Shown here: piece after piece, positions 58,408 to 64,000 of the stretch
Layout: each line of letters starts with the position of its first letter
Position numbering within the stretch: position 1 is the first letter of the stretch
Assembly: GCA_965242965.1 (NCBI GenBank)
Contig: OZ251518.1
Span: 3,513,838-3,577,837, forward strand
Length of the DNA stretch: 64,000 bases
Origin: Candidatus Poribacteria bacterium
Lineage (GTDB): Bacteria; Poribacteria; WGA-4E; WGA-3G
Direction of reading: 5' to 3'
Position numbers and translations under genes: made by a program
Notes under the pieces: generated by a model
Database searches by the model: none
Told to the model about the DNA's origin: nothing
Seen by the model: the letters and a program-made list of their open reading frames with translations, nothing else

Positions 58408-58975
58408 TTGAGGGTGTTTTATAACTCGCTCAACGTTGCGGTGACAGGCCCCGCGCTACGGTAAAAAAACGCCTCTCCTTTACGTAGGGCGAGGGCCTGT
58501 CCCTCGCCATGCAGCGATCGCGGGGGACAGGCCCCCGCGCTACGGGAAAAAACGGCACTTCACCGTAGGGCGAGGGCCTGTCCCTCGCCATGCCACATGT
58601 GCATGCGAGCGGGTTTCCCTCGCCATCGTTCGCTCGCCGGAAAAAACGTCTCTTGTTCTCTTCAGGTCCGTAGGACCTTAATGTCTATAGCACGCGCGCC
58701 TGCAAAGAACGCTAAGGTCCTTTAGGTCCTTAATAACTTTTGCCATGCGGCGCGTGTTTTTTATTAAGGACCTAAAGGACCTTGAAAACAGCGCGACACG
58801 TGTTTCTATAGACATTAAGGACCTAAAGGACCTAAAACGCCACTGTTTGACGATAGAGATCGCGGGGGACAGGCCCCCGCGCTACGATAAAAGACGGTTC
58901 TTGAGAAAACGCGGGGGACAGGCCCCCGCGCTACGGGAACATCGAGACCAGGAGGTCTCTCCTACCGGACAATGG
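58408..58975. repeat. repeat island (E, B pairs x3, C copy 7, B x3, A)
   Basis: ATTGAGGGTGTTTTATAACTCGCTCAACGTTGCGGTGACAGG at the left end; C element at 58641..58842. Confidence 0.9.
58641..58842. repeat. C element copy 7
   Basis: AAAAAACGTCTCTTGTTCTCTTCAGGTCCGTAGGACCTTAATGTCTATAGCACGCGCG...TATTAAGGACCTAAAGGACCTTGAAAAC...TATAGACATTAAGGACCTAAAGGACCTAAAACGCCAC. Confidence 0.85.
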
Positions 58976-59004
58976 GGAGCCCTACGTTAGACACCAGCAA
59001 AAAC

Positions 59005-59034
59005 TTGACAATGCTTTTGGAATGAGGGTATACT
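59005..59034 (+). promoter_or_regulatory. sigma70-like promoter TTGACA-N18-TATACT
   Basis: TTGACAATGCTTTTGGAATGAGGGTATACT; the -10 ends 25 nt before ATG 59059, which has a GGAGG RBS. Confidence 0.55.
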
Positions 59035-59058
59035 CTTGCATGCAGGAGGTTGAATGCG

Positions 59059-59664
59059 ATGGCTTATAGTAGTTTCACGTTAGATACAGTCGTGACAACG
59101 TTTCAGTTAAACATCGTTGAATCCGCTGCGCTCTTCGCTGGAATAGAACCGGTGGCACCGCGGGCGCATTTTACGGCGGATTTGGCGAGAAGAGTGCAGC
59201 TGGCAAGTGCCATAAACACCGAGAAAGCGAAATCGGAATTGATAGTCGCTGAGATACTGTTTGAACTACAGGAGCACTTCAACCGGCGCATCAGTCTTTT
59301 TTCCGGCATTGAGTTGAGTGTGGATAGCGAAAGCGGTCTCGTCGGCGTATGCGATTTTTTAATCAGCCTGTCGCCGGTGCAGTCAATGTTAGAGGCACCG
59401 ATTGTCAGTCTGGTTGAGGCGAAAAAAGCAGACTTGACGCTGGGCCGCGGGCAGTGCGCCGCCGAGATGCTCGCCGCGCAACGCTTTAACGCGCAAAAAG
59501 GGAATGACATCCCCTGCGTTTACGGCGCGACGACTACCGGCATCGATTGGCAATTCCTGAAATTGAGAGAAAAGGAACTGCACATCGATCTGGAGATTTA
59601 TCCTATCCAGCAGTGTGAGAAAATACTCGGTATCCTCGCGAGCATGGTGGCGCAAGAAGCTTAG
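59059..59664 (+). CDS. hypothetical protein, possible PD-(D/E)xK nuclease fold
   Basis: GLVGVCDFLISLSPVQSMLEAPIVSLVEAKK shows a D...(17 aa)...E-A-K arrangement typical of PD-(D/E)xK cores. Motif-level inference only. Confidence 0.5.
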   Translation: MAYSSFTLDTVVTTFQLNIVESAALFAGIEPVAPRAHFTADLARRVQLASAINTEKAKSELIVAEILFELQEHFNRRISLFSGIELSVDSESGLVGVCDFLISLSPVQSMLEAPIVSLVEAKKADLTLGRGQCAAEMLAAQRFNAQKGNDIPCVYGATTTGIDWQFLKLREKELHIDLEIYPIQQCEKILGILASMVAQEA

Positions 59665-59675
59665 CGTTTTGGGCA

Positions 59676-60641
59676 TCAATACCACGCCGCCTTATTGACG
59701 ACATTCTGCAACGGCTCACCTGCGGCGAACCGACGCGCGTTCTCTAAAAACACCTCAAACCGACGCGCCGGGATGTTCGCCGCATCTTTCACGGCGATGT
59801 GCGGCGTGAGCAACACGTTCGGTAACTGCCACAGCGGACTCTCCGCCGGCAACGGCTCGATTTCAAACACGTCTAACCCGCACCCGGCGATGTTACCCTG
59901 CTGGAGAGCCGCAACCAGATCGGCGAGAATCATCGTCTTGCCGCGCCCGATGTTGATGAAATAGGCGGTGCGTTTCATTAACGCGAAGCGTTCTTTATTC
60001 CACATCCCCTCCGTTTCAGGCGTGTGCGGCGTGGTGGCGATGACAAAATCGGCACGCGGGAGGAGCTGACTCAGCTCCTGCGGCGGATGTTTCTCAACCG
60101 AAGGGACATCGTATTCCCACCTCGGGTCGGTGCCGATAACCTTCATGCCGAATGCGTTACAAAGCCGCGCCGTTTCCTGTCCGATGCCTCCAACACCGAC
60201 AATCAACGCTGTCGCCTGCACCAGATCGATGTATCCGTGTTTTCGGGCATCTTTGTCCCAAATTCGTTCGCGCTGCGCGTCCATATAGTAGGGCAAGCCG
60301 CGCGAAAGTGCCAGCACGAACATCATGATGTGCTGCGCGATGTGATCATTGTAGATACCGCGCGGGTTACAGACAACGACAGGGTGTTCGATCAATGCCG
60401 GGTAGTAGAAACCGGGAGAGGGCCCTGCGGCGGGACTCTGTAGCCAACGCAGGTTTTCGGCTAACGGCAGTTGTTCCGGTGATACCCAGCCGTAGACAGC
60501 ATCTGCATTGGGGAGGTGGGTCTGGACTTCGTCGTCTGTCCTCGGCAAGACGATGTCGTAAGTTGGCAATTCAGTTTGAATGCGGTGTGCCCAGTCCTGC
60601 GATTCTGCATTTTGGGGCGGCATGATGATTAATTTTGGCAT
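59676..60641 (-). CDS. D-isomer-specific 2-hydroxyacid dehydrogenase family protein
   Basis: GVGGIGQETARLCNAFGMKVIGTDP NAD-binding motif and a catalytic R...E...H arrangement. Confidence 0.8.
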   Translation of the reverse strand: MPKLIIMPPQNAESQDWAHRIQTELPTYDIVLPRTDDEVQTHLPNADAVYGWVSPEQLPLAENLRWLQSPAAGPSPGFYYPALIEHPVVVCNPRGIYNDHIAQHIMMFVLALSRGLPYYMDAQRERIWDKDARKHGYIDLVQATALIVGVGGIGQETARLCNAFGMKVIGTDPRWEYDVPSVEKHPPQELSQLLPRADFVIATTPHTPETEGMWNKERFALMKRTAYFINIGRGKTMILADLVAALQQGNIAGCGLDVFEIEPLPAESPLWQLPNVLLTPHIAVKDAANIPARRFEVFLENARRFAAGEPLQNVVNKAAWY

Positions 60642-60654
60642 GAGGGTTGCTCCT

Positions 60655-61330
60655 GTTTAACAACAGTAGGAGAGACCTCCCGGTCTCGATTTCTTCGGGT
60701 AGGAGAGACCTCCCGGTCTCGATGTTCCCGTAGCGCGTGGGCCCTCGGATGCCACACGCGCATCCGAGCGGGTTTCCCCCGCGATGGCTCAAGAACCGTT
60801 TTTTTTTCGTAGCGCGGGGGCCTGTCCCCCGCGATCTCCATCGACAAGAGATGACGTTTTAGGTCCTTTAGGACCTACATGTCTATAGAAACACGTGCCG
60901 GTCCCACGGCAAGGTCCTTTAGGTCCTTAATAAAAAACGCGCCGCATGGCAAAGCCTATTAAGGACCTAAAGGACCTTAGCATTCTTCGCGTCTGTGCGT
61001 GCTATAGACATTCAGGTCCTACAGACCTGAAGAGAACAAGAGACGTTTTTTCCGTAGCGTGAACGATGGCGAGGGACAGGCCCTCGCCCTACGATGAAGG
61101 GGGACCTTCTGCCGCCGCGGCTCTGGTAGGCGCGCTGCCCTATTGCATCGAGACCAGGAGGTCTCGCCTACCGGGGAAACGGAAGCGTTTGAGGTTTCAC
61201 GAAACCATTTTTGACAACAACGAGTTATGAAACACCCTCATTTAACGCTCGCGGGGGACAGGCCCCCGCGCTACGGTATCATTGAGAGATGCTTGTGGGG
61301 GACAGGCCCCCGCGCTACGGTATCATTGCA
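60655..61330. repeat. repeat island (A x2, B x2, C copy 8 inverted, B, A, E, B2 x2)
   Basis: Seen directly; ORFs 60571..60792 and 60629..60847 are artefacts. Confidence 0.9.
60853..61050. repeat. C element copy 8 (opposite orientation)
   Basis: GACGTTTTAGGTCCTTTAGGACCTACATGTCTATAGAAACACGTG...TATTAAGGACCTAAAGGACCTTAGCATTC...TATAGACATTCAGGTCCTACAGACCTGAAGAGAACAAGAGACGTTTTTT. Confidence 0.85.
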
Positions 61331-61383
61331 CTGCATATTTTATCATGATTTCATAAGAAAGTCAAACGTTATATTGACATTAT

Positions 61384-61413
61384 CTTTCGCGATGTGATAC
61401 AATACATTAGCGA
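61384..61413 (+). promoter_or_regulatory. sigma70-like promoter TTGACA-N18-TACAAT
   Basis: TTGACATTATCTTTCGCGATGTGATACAAT, ~35 nt upstream of the RBS and ATG of the 61447 gene. Confidence 0.55.
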
Positions 61414-61446
61414 CGCTGTCCCAGTAAGACCACTTAATAGGAGGAA

Positions 61447-63060
61447 ATGATGCGAACGTTTGAAACCCGAGGCCCTGTGAATCCCGAAAAGAATTACGTT
61501 GTTCGCCGAGAAGGAGAGTTGGCGGATTTCATCTGGCGCGTGAAAGAGGGCCGCTATATCGTCATTTTCGCGCCGCGGCAGACAGGCAAGACGACCTTTT
61601 TCCGCGCCGCTCTCCAAACTCTCGCAGCGGAAGAACCTACCTATTTTCCGATCGAACTGAATTTCCAGGTGTATAAAAACGTCGCGCCGGATGCATTCTA
61701 CGGCCGCGTTTACAGAAAGATTCGTCAGGAAATTGAGGGCGTTTTCCACCAGCGCGGGCAGCCGCTGTCTGATGCGCTAAGTCAATTTTTGGGGAACGGC
61801 TCGGTGCATGATCATCTTTCGCTGCTAGACTTCTTTGAGAACCTCGGAGGCCTCCTAGCACCGCATCGGGTTGTGCTCATCATTGACGAGTTTGATGGCA
61901 TCCCATCCGCCGCCGTGAGCGATTTTCTGTATGCACTCCGTGACATCTATCACTCCAAGGCGGCTACTTCCTGTCCCTATAGCGTGGGCATTGTTGGGGT
62001 CAAAAACATTACGCAATTGAACTATGACAGGTCCATTTCGCCGTTCAATGTCCAAGATGAGTTTGGTTTGCCGAACTTCACGGTTGCACAGGTGGCGGAG
62101 CTCTTTGGACAATATACGTCAGAAGTCTGGCAGTCGTTCGCGCCAGAGGTTATTCAGACACTGCATCGGCAGACAGGTGGCCAACCGTTCCTTGTCAATC
62201 GACTTGCGCAAATGCTCACGGAGGAAATGGATATTCCAAATTCGGAGCCAATTGCGATGACGCACTTCGCATCCGCACATCGGCAACTCCTTGAAGAAAG
62301 GAACGTCAACATCACACACCTGACTACCAATATCCGCAGGAATCCGCGCTTTCAACGCCGCCTGATGCAAATTACCTCCTACGATGAAAGCATCGGCTTC
62401 AATCTAGATGACGACATCCTTAGTGAACTTGCCACCTACGGTGTCATCGTGAGAGGCGAGGACGGTATGTGTGAGATTGCCAACCCGATTTATCTCTACC
62501 GTATCCTACAAACGTTCCAACCGCTAATAAACGGACTTGAGGAAGAATACTACCCGCAAGACACAGGCAACGGGTATCGCGATTATCTCACGCCGGCGGG
62601 ACAGATTCATATAGTCGGGCTGCTGGATAATTTCCGAGATTTCATTGCGCGCGCGGGGTTCCGCATCCTAGCAGTGCCGGAAACACCACGAGAATACGTT
62701 GGACAGTGCCTCTTGTTTGCCTATCTGGACCAGTTTGTTCGGCAGGTGCGCGGCACTATGCATCTAGAAGTGCAGACCGGGCGCGGCCGGGCAGATCTCG
62801 TCATTTTCCATCAAGGACAAAAACATATCGTGGAGACTAAACTCTGGCAAGGCGAAAAGAGTTATCAAGTTGGTAAAGCGCAACTGTTCGCCTATCTCAA
62901 ATTGGAAGCCGCGATGGAAGGCTACTATGTCGTCTTCGACCATCGCAGGCATCCTGTGCCGCGCGTGGAGACAGAGACGTTGGATGGGGTGACGCTTCGG
63001 AGTTACGTTATTCCGGTGGTGCAGGAGATGCCTTCTAGCGCGAGAATTGAAAACGCATAA
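61447..63060 (+). CDS. AAA-ATPase-like protein with a C-terminal PD-(D/E)xK nuclease-superfamily domain (PF09820/PF08011-like architecture)
   Basis: Walker A VIFAPRQTGKTTF, Walker B-like VLIIDEFD, and C-terminal ...GRGRADLVIFHQGQKHIVETKLW (D...E-T-K). Confidence 0.7.
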   Translation: MMRTFETRGPVNPEKNYVVRREGELADFIWRVKEGRYIVIFAPRQTGKTTFFRAALQTLAAEEPTYFPIELNFQVYKNVAPDAFYGRVYRKIRQEIEGVFHQRGQPLSDALSQFLGNGSVHDHLSLLDFFENLGGLLAPHRVVLIIDEFDGIPSAAVSDFLYALRDIYHSKAATSCPYSVGIVGVKNITQLNYDRSISPFNVQDEFGLPNFTVAQVAELFGQYTSEVWQSFAPEVIQTLHRQTGGQPFLVNRLAQMLTEEMDIPNSEPIAMTHFASAHRQLLEERNVNITHLTTNIRRNPRFQRRLMQITSYDESIGFNLDDDILSELATYGVIVRGEDGMCEIANPIYLYRILQTFQPLINGLEEEYYPQDTGNGYRDYLTPAGQIHIVGLLDNFRDFIARAGFRILAVPETPREYVGQCLLFAYLDQFVRQVRGTMHLEVQTGRGRADLVIFHQGQKHIVETKLWQGEKSYQVGKAQLFAYLKLEAAMEGYYVVFDHRRHPVPRVETETLDGVTLRSYVIPVVQEMPSSARIENA

Positions 63061-63064
63061 GCCT

Positions 63065-63440
63065 GGCGCGATACGCTCCCCGGTAGGAGAGTCCTCCCAG
63101 TCTTGATGCAATAGGGCGGCGCGCCTACCGGGGCCGCGGCAGCAGAAGGTCCCCCTTCATCGTAGGACGAGGGACAGGCCCTCGCCAGCGTCCGCGGAAT
63201 CCAACGCGCGCGGGGGACAGGCCCCCGCACTACGAAAAAAACGTCTCTTAGGTCCGTAGGACCTTAATGTCTATAGCACGCGCGCCCGCGAAGAAGCCTA
63301 AGGTCCTTTAGGTCCTTAATAGGTTTTGCCAGGGCCGCGCGTTTTGTTATTAAGGACCTAAAGGACCTTGAAAACGGGCCGACACGTGCTGCTATAGACA
63401 TGTAGGTCCTAAAGGACCTAAAACGTCCTCTTGGGGAGTG
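63065..63440. repeat. repeat island (A, B pairs, C copy 9 at 63235..63425)
   Basis: CCGGTAGGAGAGTCCTCCCAGTCTTGATG..., REP-like pair, AAAAAAACGTCTCTTAGGTCCGTAGGACCTTAATGTCTATAGCACGCGCG...TATAGACATGTAGGTCCTAAAGGACCTAAAACG. Confidence 0.9.
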
Positions 63441-63527
63441 CATGCTAAATCCATCGCCGGCTCGCGGGCGCACTTCTACTGCGCGTGGTCCTGTTTTCGC
63501 GAAAATGGAATTCCCTCACATTTTTAA

Positions 63528-63557
63528 GTTGACATTTTAACAGAAAATGTGATAAAA
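63528..63557 (+). promoter_or_regulatory. sigma70-like promoter TTGACA-N18-TAAAAT
   Basis: TTGACATTTTAACAGAAAATGTGATAAAAT, ~80 nt upstream of the start of the terminal ORF. Confidence 0.5.
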
Positions 63558-63639
63558 TACCATAAATGGCAAAGAGGAAACCGGTTGACTCACCGTAGGT
63601 TGCTTGGTTTCCATTTTTCTTCAAAGGAGGTGAAAACTT

Positions 63640-64000
63640 GTGAGTGTGGATACGATATTCCCCAAACTATTTGAACTGCTACCAGATGCAGGTCATTTAT
63701 TAAGTCTTCAACCGGAGGAACTTGCCGGACCGCTTTTAATCTCTTTAGATGGCAGCGATTACATAGAGCCGTTTGCGATTATATCCTTCGATCTTATCCA
63801 GAAATACCCGGCTAAGCATGAACAGGACATTCTCTTTGCGCTCATGGAAGCTTGGCAGTGGTTGGAACGTGAAGGGTTTGTTGCGCCTAGACCGAACGGA
63901 TCTTCCACCAGGTCCTACTTCGTTACCAGACGCGGCAAGGCCATTGAGACCACCGAGGCTTTAGAGGTTTATCGCAAGGGAAACCTGTTGCCTAAACGTC
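63640..64000 (+). CDS. hypothetical protein, N-terminal part (partial; open to window end)
   Basis: GTG at 63640 lies 9 nt after AGGAGG; translation VSVDTIFPKLFELLPDAGHLLSLQPEELAGPLLISLDGSDYIEPFAIISFDLIQKYPAKHEQDILFALMEAWQWLEREGF... has no stop up to 64000. Absent from the ORF track because it has no in-window stop. Confidence 0.45.
   Translation, partial: MSVDTIFPKLFELLPDAGHLLSLQPEELAGPLLISLDGSDYIEPFAIISFDLIQKYPAKHEQDILFALMEAWQWLEREGFVAPRPNGSSTRSYFVTRRGKAIETTEALEVYRKGNLLPKR

Noticed and set aside
59050-59058. Alternative upstream starts (TTG 59050, ATG 59053) for the 59059 gene
   Set aside because: ATG 59053 is out of frame and hits a stop after 5 codons. TTG 59050 lies 1 nt after the GGAGG. 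ATG 59059 has proper RBS spacing.

Overview
The window is a GC-rich bacterial segment with genes mostly on the minus strand. Its content points to a Poribacteria- or Planctomycetes-like lineage, but this is a hypothesis only: three formylglycine-type sulfatases, eukaryote-like repeat proteins (WD40, TPR x2, LRR+dockerin, PD40 beta-propellers, LamG), and a 16S whose 5' end reads AGAGTATGATACCGGCTCAGG. It contains a complete but split rRNA locus on the minus strand: 16S and tRNA-Ile(GAT), then a 4.5-kb insertion, then tRNA-Ala(TGC), 23S and 5S. The insertion carries a WD40 gene, a LamG gene, a repeat island and an array of seven tandem consensus sigma70 promoters (TTGACA-N17-TATAAT) aimed at tRNA-Ala/23S. 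A HicB/HicA toxin-antitoxin pair sits directly downstream of 5S. Other identifiable genes are a HAD hydrolase, an SDR epimerase, an aminotransferase, MoeB/ThiF, UxuA, a 5'-nucleotidase-like protein with a T9SS tail, two PhyH dioxygenases, a xanthine-dehydrogenase/CoxLMS-like three-subunit molybdoenzyme with a CysO/MoaD-like GG-terminal carrier, SppA and a 2-hydroxyacid dehydrogenase. There is also an MmeI-like Type IIG restriction-modification gene split at a G9 homopolymer (candidate phase variation) next to a kinase-like/nucleoside-2-deoxyribosyltransferase-like hypothetical, a TPR-UPF0175 fusion followed by a DUF3368 PIN-like toxin, a DUF433 gene coupled to a membrane-anchored ribosomal bL12 C-terminal-domain paralog, an FRG-domain protein, and an AAA-ATPase/PD-(D/E)xK protein. 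The most striking property is that almost every intergenic region is filled with composite repeat islands built from at least six families. These are a GAGACC-TCCC-GGTCTC hairpin; GC-rich REP/BIME-like palindromes, in one place as a ~97-bp tandem array; a 60-70 nt palindrome; a TGAGGGTGTTTCATA motif that brackets islands in inverted orientation; a TAGGCGCGCTTTGCAAGCGCGCCTA hairpin; and a ~190-bp MITE-like palindromic element carrying eight AGGTCC/GGACCT hexamers, present in 8 full copies plus one apparent empty site. Six-frame ORFs through these islands are translation artefacts.
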